Positions 17,127 to 26,138 of a DNA stretch of 33,240 bases are shown piece by piece. The stretch's first letter is position 1. Each line of letters begins with the position of its first letter. The translations under genes and the position numbers were made by a program. The notes under the pieces are model-generated. The model had not been told where the DNA came from. It saw only the letters and a list, made by a program, of their open reading frames with translations, and ran no database searches. The stretch is from Dehalococcoidia bacterium (lineage in GTDB: Bacteria; Chloroflexota; Dehalococcoidia; Lucifugimonadales; UBA3495): contig JAPNTN010000129.1 in assembly GCA_027249445.1 (NCBI GenBank), positions 1-33,240 of the forward strand, read 5' to 3'.

Positions 17127-18086
17127 ATGACCGGAAATTCTTCACCAGTAAACCCTGAATACCCTGACAGGCCCATTAAAATTCTCAAGGTAGTTTCTTT
17201 AGTAACGGTAATATGTGTATTCTTGCTCATAATACTAGGTAGCGTGGTAAGAGTGACTGATTCGGGGTTGGGGTGTCCGGATTGGCCGTTATGTTATGGC
17301 AAGATATTTCCGCCGCTAGAAATGACCGCGATTATTGAATACGCGCATAGGTTTGTGGCTTCAGTTATCGTAGGGCCCCTGATTATTTTGACTGCAGTAT
17401 TGACGTGGATTTCCTTCAGGAAGCAGTTATGGCTGGTCGTTCCTGCCACTATCTCAATATTCCTACTAGTTATTCAGGCTTTGTTAGGGGCGGTTACTGT
17501 GATACGCGAATTACCCGGAGAAATAGTTGCGTCTCATCTGGCAGTGTCTCAGTTGTTATTAGCTACTCTCATATTGGTGACTGTTGTGGCTTATGTCGGG
17601 CCACTTAGTCGCTCACGAGTAAATGGAGCTAACTCTCCTGCTGACCGTTTGCCATTACTTCTATTGTGCGCCGCAATAGCCGTCTATGCTGTTATAGTTT
17701 CTGGGTCTATAGTGACGGCTACTGGTTCTACAGCCGCTTGTATGACTTGGCCATTTTGCCAAGGTCAGCTTTTCCCGAAAGAGTTTGCTGAGGCTATTCA
17801 TATGGGTCATCGGCTAGTCGTAGCACTTGCGGGACTGTTCATTATTTATGTGTTGCACTTGGGGATCAGGGCTAAAGATAGGCCTAAAATAATCAAAATA
17901 ATGTCTATGGTCGCTACTACAGTGTTTATGGTCCAGGTGGTGGTCGGAGCAGGTATTATCTGGTCGGGCTTCCCGGTGTCTCTACTTGCCAGCCATGTTG
18001 CATTTGCGACTCTAACGTGGGCTGCAGCCATTAGTTTGGCTTTCTTAGCATACGCTCACAAGGCTAAGCCACCGATTGGAGCTTAA
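17127..18086 (+). CDS. ctaA: Heme A synthase (COX15/CtaA, type 1)
   Basis: VRVTDSGLGCPDWPLC, EYAHR, SHLA, second Cys pair CMTWPFC, HMGHR, SHVA; 8 TM segments. Confidence 0.9.
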   Translation: MTGNSSPVNPEYPDRPIKILKVVSLVTVICVFLLIILGSVVRVTDSGLGCPDWPLCYGKIFPPLEMTAIIEYAHRFVASVIVGPLIILTAVLTWISFRKQLWLVVPATISIFLLVIQALLGAVTVIRELPGEIVASHLAVSQLLLATLILVTVVAYVGPLSRSRVNGANSPADRLPLLLLCAAIAVYAVIVSGSIVTATGSTAACMTWPFCQGQLFPKEFAEAIHMGHRLVVALAGLFIIYVLHLGIRAKDRPKIIKIMSMVATTVFMVQVVVGAGIIWSGFPVSLLASHVAFATLTWAAAISLAFLAYAHKAKPPIGA

Positions 18087-18094
18087 TTAGATTC

Positions 18095-19024
18095 ATGACT
18101 AATGCAGAACTCATTCCTAATACAACAGACGGGGCCGGTGGTGGTAATCGCCCAGAGAAGTTTGGGTTTGTCAGGGATTTTGTTTCTTTAACTAAGCCTA
18201 AAATCATATTGATGTTACTGGTCACAGCTGCAGGCGGAATGTTTTTGGCAGCTGAAGGAGTTCCGCCTTTTGCCCTTATGGGTTATGTGCTTGTTGCAGG
18301 AGCGTTGGCTGCCGGTGGGGCTAATGCGATAAATCATCAAATGGATCGGGATATTGATGAGGTAATGGGTCGTACGAGACATAGACCTGTGGCTGGTCAC
18401 CGGATATCCCCAGCCAAAGCTCTGGCATTTGGTATATTCCTTAATGTTCTAGCGTTTGCTATTTTCCTTATTTGGGTAAATCTTTTGGCTGGAGTGCTAA
18501 CTCTGACGGCGACACTCTTTTATGTTTTCGTTTACACTAAGTGGCTAAAACGCTCAACTCCACAGAATATTATTATTGGTGGTGCAGCTGGAGCGATCCC
18601 ACCGATGGCAGGGTGGGCTGCAGTGACTGGTGGGATCGATCTACCAGCAGTTTATTTGTTCGCAATTATATTTTTCTGGACTCCTCCGCATTTTTGGGCT
18701 TTGGCATTATTAATCAAGAAAGATTATGCAGATGCCGGAGTGCCTATGTTACCGGTTGTAACCACGGTCAGCCATACTATCCAGCAGATTTTTTATTACA
18801 CTTTGGTATTGGTGGGTCTGACTGTTATGTTTGCTCTTACCCCGGCAGTCGGCATTATTTATCTAGTTTCGGCGATAGTGTTAGGGTTGGTGTTCATTAA
18901 AATGGCATGGAGCTTAACTAGGAATCAGACTAACGGCCAGGCGAAGAAAGTATATTTGTATTCCCTCCTGTATTTAGCTCTGCTCTTCGCCGCGATAATG
19001 GTTGATAGTGGGGTACAATTGTAA
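18095..19024 (+). CDS. ctaB: Protoheme IX farnesyltransferase (heme O synthase)
   Basis: LTKPKI, DRDIDEVMGRT-x-x-RP, LKRSTPQNIIIGGAAGA, FFWTPPHFWALAL, DYADAGVPMLPV. Confidence 0.95.
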   Translation: MTNAELIPNTTDGAGGGNRPEKFGFVRDFVSLTKPKIILMLLVTAAGGMFLAAEGVPPFALMGYVLVAGALAAGGANAINHQMDRDIDEVMGRTRHRPVAGHRISPAKALAFGIFLNVLAFAIFLIWVNLLAGVLTLTATLFYVFVYTKWLKRSTPQNIIIGGAAGAIPPMAGWAAVTGGIDLPAVYLFAIIFFWTPPHFWALALLIKKDYADAGVPMLPVVTTVSHTIQQIFYYTLVLVGLTVMFALTPAVGIIYLVSAIVLGLVFIKMAWSLTRNQTNGQAKKVYLYSLLYLALLFAAIMVDSGVQL

Positions 19025-19089
19025 AGATTGCGTTGCTTAGTCTATGCAAACCGTAATAAAATATAGGCATAACCACGAATTCAATTCCG

Positions 19090-19119
19090 TTGACATATTT
19101 ATTAACACTGTGCTATCGT
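19090..19119 (+). promoter_or_regulatory. Putative promoter of the oxidase structural genes
   Basis: TTGACA (19090-19095), 18-nt spacer, extended -10 TG-C-TATCGT (19111-19119). Confidence 0.5.
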
Positions 19120-19240
19120 CTGTCACTGGTAAAATCGGTGTTATAGACGGTGGATTGTAGGGAGAAACCTCAAAATGCGCTTAGCGCCCCCCAGAACTCG
19201 AATTAACTCGAATAAGACAACGGCTGAAGGAAAATCTGGT

Positions 19241-20350
19241 ATGAGAAAGATTAGAGTCAGCCAAATCTCTGTATTAGTGCTCTTGATCGTTGGATTGTTG
19301 TCTGTAGGATGCGATTACAACTCACATATGACGACGTGGGGTACGGCTGGTCCGGTTGCAGAGAAACAAGCTCTACTATTTAACGTGCTACTTTGGGTGA
19401 TGGTCGTAGTGTTCGTGCTTGTTGAAGGCGCGCTACTGTACGCAGCGATCAAATTCCGGAGGAAGCCAGGTGATGGTCTTCCAAAACAAGTTCATGGGAA
19501 TACGCCACTCGAAATAACATGGACTGTTATTCCTACAATATTGATATTGGCTCTTGGTGTATGGTCAGTGCAAACACTATTTGAATTAGATAAGCCTCCT
19601 GCAGGGTCGGATATCTTAGAGGTGACGGCTACTGGGCACCAGTGGTGGTTTGAGTTTGAATATCCGGATGCAGACGGTAATGGTACATTTGTTACAACCG
19701 CTAACGAGCTTAAAGTTCCAGTAGGTCGGCCTGTACACGTAAATTTGTTAAGTGACGATGTTCTGCACAGCTTCTGGATACCAAGGTTGGCTGGAAAAGT
19801 TGATATGGTTCCTACAAGAAGCAACCATTTGTGGTTCCAGGCTGATGAGACAGGTGTATTCCACGGACAATGCGCTGAACTGTGTGGACGAGCCCACGCT
19901 CTCATGAAGTTTAGAGTTGAGGCTCTACCGGAAGATGAATATTTGGCCTGGGTCTCAGGATTTGGAAAAGAACCGGTATTGTCAGCACAGGCGTCACAAG
20001 GTCAACTGGTATTTAACGGAGAAGGTGGTTGTGTCGTGTGCCATACTGCCAATGGACCGGATTCTCCTTCGACAGTGGACGCGAGGGTGCAAGGATTTCT
20101 GGCTGGTCTAGAATCGCCTGTGGCGCCCGGCCCAAACCTCACCGATTTGGCTACCAGGGGTACATTTGCTGCGGGTATACTGGATTTGAACCGCGAGAAT
20201 CTGCGTAAATGGATTACTGACCCTGAAAGTGTCAAATCAGGTAATTATATGTCGGGCAGAGCCACTGTATATCAAACCTCGGACGGAACAACTAAACTAA
20301 ATCAAAAACAGGTGTCCAACGTTATTGAATACCTGTTAAGCTTGAAGTAG
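19241..20350 (+). CDS. ctaC: Cytochrome c oxidase subunit II with fused C-terminal cytochrome c (caa3-type)
   Basis: Lipobox LSVGC; HGNTPLEITWTVIP; QWWFEFEY; CuA ligands DVLHSFW and CAELCGRAHALM; heme c motif CVVCH, GPNLT, distal Met in GNYM. Alternative start 19175. Confidence 0.93.
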   Translation: MRKIRVSQISVLVLLIVGLLSVGCDYNSHMTTWGTAGPVAEKQALLFNVLLWVMVVVFVLVEGALLYAAIKFRRKPGDGLPKQVHGNTPLEITWTVIPTILILALGVWSVQTLFELDKPPAGSDILEVTATGHQWWFEFEYPDADGNGTFVTTANELKVPVGRPVHVNLLSDDVLHSFWIPRLAGKVDMVPTRSNHLWFQADETGVFHGQCAELCGRAHALMKFRVEALPEDEYLAWVSGFGKEPVLSAQASQGQLVFNGEGGCVVCHTANGPDSPSTVDARVQGFLAGLESPVAPGPNLTDLATRGTFAAGILDLNRENLRKWITDPESVKSGNYMSGRATVYQTSDGTTKLNQKQVSNVIEYLLSLK

Positions 20351-20391
20351 AACTTTGCATTTAGGCAAAGCAAAAGGGATTAGAGGCGGTA

Positions 20392-22281
20392 ATGGCAACG
20401 ATAACTGAAGTGCTGGAAAGACCTGCTAACGCCACGGGTTTATGGAGCTGGATCACTACTGTTGATCACAAGCGAATCGGAATCTTGTATGGTGTTACCG
20501 CGTTTATATTCTTTCTAGTAGCAGGTGTAGAAGCCGGTATCATTCGTATGCAGTTGGCTGTCCCTGAGAATGGGCTTGTCAGTCCGGATGTATACAACCA
20601 AATGTTTACTATGCATGCGACGGCCATGATATTCATGGCTATCATGCCCTTAAGCGCTGCTTTTTTCAATTTCATTATTCCCCTGGCTATTGGCGCTCGG
20701 GATGTTGCGTTTCCAAGGTTAAATGCATTCAGTTACTGGTCATTTTTGTTTGGGGCATTACTTATTCACTCAAGCTTTCTGTTCCAGCAAGCTCCAGACG
20801 CTGGCTGGTTTTCATACGCTCCGTTAACGGAAGAGCCTTATAGCTTAGGCAAAGGTATTGATTTTTGGGCATTAGGCTTGCAGGTGCTTGGTGTAGCCTC
20901 TTTAGCCGCGGCATTTAACTTCGTAGTTACTATAATTAACTTGCGGGCACCAGGCATGACATTGATGCGAATGCCATTGTTTGTTTGGATGACCTTCGTA
21001 ACGTCGATTCTATTGGTATTGGCTTTTCCAGTTATAACAGTCGGTCTGATAGAACTCACTATGGACCGCTCATTTGGGGCTCATTTCTTCAATACTGCGG
21101 GTGGCGGAGACCCGTTAATGTGGCAGCACCTCTTCTGGATATTCGGACACCCCGAAGTTTATATCTTGATTTTACCTGCTATGGGTATTGTGTCCGAAGT
21201 TATACCTACCTTTTCTAGGAAACCATTATTTGGATATCCTGTGGTTGTGTTCTCAGGAATAGTAATTGGAATAATGGGATGGGCTGTTTGGAGTCATCAC
21301 ATGTTCACTGTGGGACTTGGGCCTGTCGCCAATTCTGTATTTACTATAACGACAATGTTAATCGCTGTCCCTACTGGAGTGAAGATTTTTAACTGGATAG
21401 GAACCATGTGGGGTGGGTCTATCAAATTAAACACCTGCATGCTCTACGCCATTGGTTTCGTAGCCCTGTTTATAGTCGGTGGTCTTAGCGGTGTATCTCA
21501 TGCTGTGTCTCCGTCAGACGCTCAGCAACAAGACACTTACTATATCGTTGCTCACATTCATTACGTACTGTTTGGCGGGGCAATATTTGGTATCTTCACA
21601 GGAATATACTACTGGTTCCCTAAAATCACAGGAAAGCTGCTTGACGAAACGCTGGGCAAAATCAATTTCTGGTTATTGTTTATTGGAATGAATATCACTT
21701 TCTTCCCGATGCACTATCTTGGGATGAATGGTATGCCGCGAAGAATATACACGTACTCAACCGAATATGGTTGGGACTTCTTGAACCTTCTGGCAAGCGC
21801 AGGCTATTTTGTCATGTTTGTGGGTATACTGGTTTTCATTGCAAACGTGCTTATAAGTTATAAGAACGGTAAAGAGGCAGGTCATGATCCCTGGGATGCT
21901 CCGGGGCTAGAGTGGACGATATCGTCACCACCGCCTTCTTACAATTTCGCGCAGGTTCCGCAAGTGCTGGGCCAAGACCATTATTGGATCGTAAAGCGCC
22001 AAGCTGAGGCAGCTGGCAACCCTATTACCAAACCAGAACCATTCGTAGACCCAGAAACAATTCATATGCCCAACCCATCTTACTGGCCGATATTCACTGC
22101 GTTTGGACTTCTATTGCTAGCAGTTGGTTTTCTGATTGAATTCCCATGGCAATATTTAAAGTTTCCAATAGCAATACCAGCTGGAATAATAATATTTATT
22201 GGTGTCATGGGTTGGAGTTTCGAACCTGCTGCTCCTGAAGCTCATCACGGCGATGACCATTCTGATGGCGGGCATCACTAG
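20392..22281 (+). CDS. ctaD: Cytochrome c oxidase subunit I (A1 type) with two extra C-terminal TM helices
   Basis: DHKRIGILY, TMHA, DVAFPRLN, WIFGHPEVY, WSHHMF, PTGVK, VAHIHY, GMPRR; extension HMPNPSYWP as in Bacillus/Thermus-type enzymes. Confidence 0.97.
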   Translation: MATITEVLERPANATGLWSWITTVDHKRIGILYGVTAFIFFLVAGVEAGIIRMQLAVPENGLVSPDVYNQMFTMHATAMIFMAIMPLSAAFFNFIIPLAIGARDVAFPRLNAFSYWSFLFGALLIHSSFLFQQAPDAGWFSYAPLTEEPYSLGKGIDFWALGLQVLGVASLAAAFNFVVTIINLRAPGMTLMRMPLFVWMTFVTSILLVLAFPVITVGLIELTMDRSFGAHFFNTAGGGDPLMWQHLFWIFGHPEVYILILPAMGIVSEVIPTFSRKPLFGYPVVVFSGIVIGIMGWAVWSHHMFTVGLGPVANSVFTITTMLIAVPTGVKIFNWIGTMWGGSIKLNTCMLYAIGFVALFIVGGLSGVSHAVSPSDAQQQDTYYIVAHIHYVLFGGAIFGIFTGIYYWFPKITGKLLDETLGKINFWLLFIGMNITFFPMHYLGMNGMPRRIYTYSTEYGWDFLNLLASAGYFVMFVGILVFIANVLISYKNGKEAGHDPWDAPGLEWTISSPPPSYNFAQVPQVLGQDHYWIVKRQAEAAGNPITKPEPFVDPETIHMPNPSYWPIFTAFGLLLLAVGFLIEFPWQYLKFPIAIPAGIIIFIGVMGWSFEPAAPEAHHGDDHSDGGHH

Positions 22282-22293
22282 GAGGAAAAGATT

Positions 22294-22965
22294 TTGGCTC
22301 ACGTAGGTGGACAATTACCTACTTCTGATGTAGATCATACGTACACTACTACCGGTATAAATCACCGGAAGCTATTGATGTGGGTTTTTCTGGGATCTGA
22401 CTGTTTGTTTTTTGGATCCTTGATAGCGACTTATATGGTGTACAGGGGTCAGAGCCTTGTAGGACCTTATCCCATTGATATTCTCGATATCCCACTTACT
22501 ACTATAAGTACCTTCGTTTTGCTCTGTAGTAGTTTTGCCATGGTTCAAGCACTGGCAGCCACTAATAAGAATGACCAGAAAGGAATACAGATCTGGCTAC
22601 TTCTCACAGCCTTCATGGGAGCTATATTTATCGGGTTCCAAGTCTATGAATTTAACGCTTTCAGACTTGAAGGGTTACTTGTATCGACCAATTTATTTGG
22701 GTCGACTTTCTTCACTCTAACCGGGTTCCACGGAGCTCACGTCAGCCTAGGTATTGTATGGCTCATGGTGCTGTTCTTTGTAGCACGTAAAGGTAAAGTC
22801 GGACCTCATAACGCGCTGGATGTGGAATTATGTGGTCTTTATTGGCATTTCGTGGATATAGTGTGGATCGTCATTTTCACATTGCTGTATCTAGTAGGCG
22901 GGTTCGATGCAGGGCCGGTCGCCGGTGTTTTAACTGAACCTTCATTATTGTCGTTGTTGGCGTAA
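22294..22965 (+). CDS. ctaE: Cytochrome c oxidase subunit III (short form)
   Basis: WVFLGSD, FGSTFFTLTGFHGAHV, YWHFVDIVW; TTG start after AGGAGG. Confidence 0.93.
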   Translation: MAHVGGQLPTSDVDHTYTTTGINHRKLLMWVFLGSDCLFFGSLIATYMVYRGQSLVGPYPIDILDIPLTTISTFVLLCSSFAMVQALAATNKNDQKGIQIWLLLTAFMGAIFIGFQVYEFNAFRLEGLLVSTNLFGSTFFTLTGFHGAHVSLGIVWLMVLFFVARKGKVGPHNALDVELCGLYWHFVDIVWIVIFTLLYLVGGFDAGPVAGVLTEPSLLSLLA

Positions 22966-22977
22966 GGAGAGCGGGAC

Positions 22978-23754
22978 ATGAGTAGCGTGCCAGAAACCCA
23001 ACATCACGAAGGTAAACACCCAACGTTCAAACAATATGTATTTATAGCCTTAATATTATTCGTTATAACGGCTATTGAATTTGTGATCATAGTTCCTGAG
23101 AGTATGCAGGGTGCGCCAGTATCGTTGGCTCCTCTAATCATTCTGTCAGCTATTAAATTCGGCATCGTAATTATGTATTACATGCATCTACGATTCGACC
23201 ATAGGTTATTGAGTATAGTTTTCTTGAGTGGATTGGTCTTGGCTTTCGCAGCTTTTTCTTGGCTAATGATATTATTCTCGGCATTCACACCTGAGCCGAG
23301 AGAATATGCTAGGGCTCACGCAGTACCTTTCACTCATGGAGACTCTGGCCACATGGCTAAGGCAGATGACGGTTCTCATGGAGCAGATTCTGGTCATGTC
23401 GAGTCGCACTCTGAAGAGGAAACTGAACCAGTATCGGAAAGTAGCGCACCTGCTTCAGATGCCATGGTTGGTCAAACGGTATTCACTGGGGTTGCTGGCT
23501 GTGCTGGTTGTCATATGATAGAAGGGGTCCCAGGTGCTGTCGGGCAGCTAGGTCCTGATTTAACAAATATAGGAACAGTTGGGGATACAAGAGTTTCAGG
23601 TATGTCCGCACGGGACTATATTGTGGATTCGATTAAGAATCCTGCTGCTTATGTGGTGGATGGATATGCTCCTATAATGCCCGCCGGGCTGGCAGACCAG
23701 ATGACTGACGACGAGTTTAATTCTCTGGTTGATTTCCTGATGTCAAAACAATAA
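22978..23754 (+). CDS. ctaF: Cytochrome c oxidase subunit IV fused to a C-terminal cytochrome c domain
   Basis: HP-x-x-x-x-Y, IT-x-x-E, K-x-x-x-x-x-x-YYMHLRFD subunit IV motifs with 3 TM segments; His/acidic linker; CAGCH, GPDLT, YI-x-x-SI-x-NP, IMP. Confidence 0.85.
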   Translation: MSSVPETQHHEGKHPTFKQYVFIALILFVITAIEFVIIVPESMQGAPVSLAPLIILSAIKFGIVIMYYMHLRFDHRLLSIVFLSGLVLAFAAFSWLMILFSAFTPEPREYARAHAVPFTHGDSGHMAKADDGSHGADSGHVESHSEEETEPVSESSAPASDAMVGQTVFTGVAGCAGCHMIEGVPGAVGQLGPDLTNIGTVGDTRVSGMSARDYIVDSIKNPAAYVVDGYAPIMPAGLADQMTDDEFNSLVDFLMSKQ

Positions 23755-23771
23755 ATCTAATCAGCATTAAT

Positions 23772-23803
23772 TAAAAAAGGACTGCTTCTGCAGTCCTTTT
23801 TTA
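23772..23803. terminator. Bidirectional intrinsic terminator between convergent genes
   Basis: TAAAAAAGGACTGC-TTCT-GCAGTCCTTTTTTA, a perfect 14-bp stem with A/T tracts on both sides. Confidence 0.88.
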
Positions 23804-24748
23804 TCTTTTGTACGTGGAGTGAAATCCTTGCATGAAGGCGGTTTTATCTGCTTCTGTAAGTATATCGCTCATGAGTTGAAGTCCTTCGGTAAGGAACCGT
23901 AAATCTCGATCATAGATTGTATCTGGGGATATCTCTTTGAATTTTCCTTGGTAGCTTTTAAGGAAACTATGAATATCTCCCTGAGTTGGGTTCATTGTTT
24001 CAAATATTCGATAGATCGGCATGGTTCTGACATAGTTGAATGTTTCTTCAAGTGAAAAGTTAGGATATTCCTCCAAAGATAACGATATCCCAAAATCTAT
24101 TAGCTTGATATCACTGGCTTGATCGAGGATCAAATGGGACCGTTTGTCGGGGTCTGAAACAGTGCTGTCGTTGTAGCAAATCTTATTCTCATGAAGTTTG
24201 CCGAATGCTGCTCCCAATTTTATACCAATATCCTCTATACAAGGTCTTATATCGCTGTTTGAATGGTTGTCAGTGATGAAGGTGCCGGAGATGTATTCTT
24301 CTGACAGAAATCCCTGCAATGAGTCAAATTGCTTAGGTCCGACGCCAAGTTCACCTGCTAGAGTCGCTACCTTGGCTTCATTTGAGTTTTGTAGAGGTTT
24401 TATTACCATGTTATTTGAGCGGGACGTTAATATAGCCACTCTTCCCCGAGTTCTTCCGCTAAAGGTAATATTTGGAGATTTATCACTGAGGTATATCAAA
24501 TCGTATGCTCTAGGGAAAAAGCCATATACGCCGTATTTAACAACAAATGGGTCTATTACCAATTTGCGGTATAGGTCCGGATGTGAATCGTTTAACCTGA
24601 GGAAAGGCGCTAGATGGCTAGGACATGCTCCTGTACTTACCTCTAAATTCATAGCACGAGCATCGGATTCACTCATAAAGGGTAACCGCGATATGGTACT
24701 TCTAATAGTACTAAGATCATCAGACGTATAGCTGTTATTTAATTGCAT
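23801..24748 (-). CDS. Atypical protein-kinase-like (Bud32/RIO/APH-like fold) hypothetical protein
   Basis: VIKP followed by E, GVGP, EEYISG hinge, LHENKICYND catalytic-loop-like segment, IKLIDFG. Confidence 0.6.
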   Translation of the reverse strand: MQLNNSYTSDDLSTIRSTISRLPFMSESDARAMNLEVSTGACPSHLAPFLRLNDSHPDLYRKLVIDPFVVKYGVYGFFPRAYDLIYLSDKSPNITFSGRTRGRVAILTSRSNNMVIKPLQNSNEAKVATLAGELGVGPKQFDSLQGFLSEEYISGTFITDNHSNSDIRPCIEDIGIKLGAAFGKLHENKICYNDSTVSDPDKRSHLILDQASDIKLIDFGISLSLEEYPNFSLEETFNYVRTMPIYRIFETMNPTQGDIHSFLKSYQGKFKEISPDTIYDRDLRFLTEGLQLMSDILTEADKTAFMQGFHSTYKR

Positions 24749-24751
24749 GAA

Positions 24752-25099
24752 TTAAGTGCTTGGCGATGGTTTTACCGCTACAAATATCTCCGACTCTATT
24801 ATAAACTCCAGTGTTTCGGTGACTGCCTCCAAATTAAGTGGCCCGTAAATATGGGGGTAAATCTCGCCAGATCGACTGGGTTCTTCTTTTAGTTGAGATG
24901 TTAATTGGTTCGTGTTTATAACCAAAGCTAACATGTCAGGCCGATCAGAGTATAGTCGGTTTGCCACACGTAAGAGTTGTTCCACAGTAGCTGAGCAATG
25001 AATAAATCCTTCTGTGGCTAGAGTATCAGCTTCATGAGTATTTTGATGTTTGGATGCTTCCCATTGGTTATGTGTTATTAAGTGATAGATTGAACTCAT
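24752..25099 (-). CDS. DUF952 family protein
   Basis: IYHL, EGFIHCS, VANRLY, YPHIYGPLN-x-x-AV; AAGGA upstream. Confidence 0.9.
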   Translation of the reverse strand: MSSIYHLITHNQWEASKHQNTHEADTLATEGFIHCSATVEQLLRVANRLYSDRPDMLALVINTNQLTSQLKEEPSRSGEIYPHIYGPLNLEAVTETLEFIIESEIFVAVKPSPST

Positions 25100-25240
25100 A
25101 TCATTCCTTGGTTCCTTATTGTTGGTTGTTTAGCCCAGATTATGTGATTATCAGTTTATTAGATGTTGTTGCAGGAAGCGAATATATATTGGCTGTAATA
25201 TGAACCGATGTTAGTATTGATTGATTAATTTTATTGGAGA

Positions 25241-25960
25241 ATGGCTATGCAAGGCGAGCAATTTGACGGTAAATCCCTGTCTTACTTAAATATATACCCT
25301 GACGATTACAATCCTGCTGCAAGTTATCCTCTTGTGATTTTGTTGCATGGATTCGGAGCGAACATGCAGGATCTTGCTGGATTGACTCCCAATATTTCTA
25401 GCACGGGCTATGTATATTCCTGTCCTAATGCTCCTATCCCATTCCAGTTGGGACCTGGTGTTATTGGATACGGCTGGCACCCGCCTAGAGCTGAGGCTAC
25501 ATTGGAAGATTACAAACAGGCAGAAGATAAATTAGGTGTTTATTTTGACGAGGTATTTGCCCAGTTTAACGCTGTTCCCGGTAAAATTGTATTGCTGGGC
25601 TTTTCTCAGGGTGGCGGAATGACTTACAGGTGCGGCTTGGGGCAACCGGAAGTATTCTCGGGCTTAGTTGGGCTTAGTGCTTCTCTGCCGGACCCAGAGG
25701 ACCTGAGGGCAAAACTACCCGAGAAACGTGATCAGAAAATCTTTATTGCTCATGGTAATGCTGATCCAATGGTGTCTATGGAATCAGCGCAGAACACTAT
25801 GAAGTTCTTGACTGCGGAAGGATACCAACCCGAATACCACGAATACAACATGTCTCACGAAATACCGCCCATGGTTATTAATGATGTGGTCGCATGGCTG
25901 GAAAATGTATTGCCTCCATTAAAAGAAACCTCGGTTAGTCATGGGCCGGAGGTTAAGTGA
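25241..25960 (+). CDS. Phospholipase/carboxylesterase family serine hydrolase
   Basis: LLHGFGAN, PNAP, GFSQGG nucleophile, HG-x-x-DP, MSHEI. Confidence 0.9.
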   Translation: MAMQGEQFDGKSLSYLNIYPDDYNPAASYPLVILLHGFGANMQDLAGLTPNISSTGYVYSCPNAPIPFQLGPGVIGYGWHPPRAEATLEDYKQAEDKLGVYFDEVFAQFNAVPGKIVLLGFSQGGGMTYRCGLGQPEVFSGLVGLSASLPDPEDLRAKLPEKRDQKIFIAHGNADPMVSMESAQNTMKFLTAEGYQPEYHEYNMSHEIPPMVINDVVAWLENVLPPLKETSVSHGPEVK

Positions 25961-25965
25961 TTTAC

Positions 25966-25995
25966 TTGACAGTATCTGATCAGGGAATATACCAT
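25966..25995 (+). promoter_or_regulatory. Putative promoter of the tRNA cluster
   Basis: TTGACA (25966-25971), 18-nt spacer, TACCAT (25990-25995). Confidence 0.5.
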
Positions 25996-26059
25996 CTTTA
26001 GTTGAGGGGTTGTCCCTCCAATTTCGTGCTCGCTAGCTTTATGGTGAGTAATTTCCTTT

Positions 26060-26135
26060 GGGGATATAGCTCAATTGGGAGAGCGCGGCGTTCGCAATGC
26101 CGAGGTTGGGGGTTCGAGCCCCCCTATCTCCACCA
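26060..26135 (+). tRNA. tRNA-Ala(CGC)
   Basis: Acceptor GGGGATA/TATCTCC with G3:U70, discriminator A, encoded CCA; anticodon arm CGGCG-TTCGCAA-TGCCG; GTTCGAG T-loop. Confidence 0.96.
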
Positions 26136-26138
26136 TGT

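Noticed and set aside
19089-19108. Possible FNR or Rex box upstream of ctaC (GTTGACATATTTATTAAC)
   Set aside because: Spacing and identity fit neither consensus well; a -35 TTGACA in AT-rich DNA explains it.
24198-24731. 177-aa plus-strand ORF
   Set aside because: Lies wholly antisense within the kinase-like gene and has no recognisable motifs; treated as a shadow ORF.
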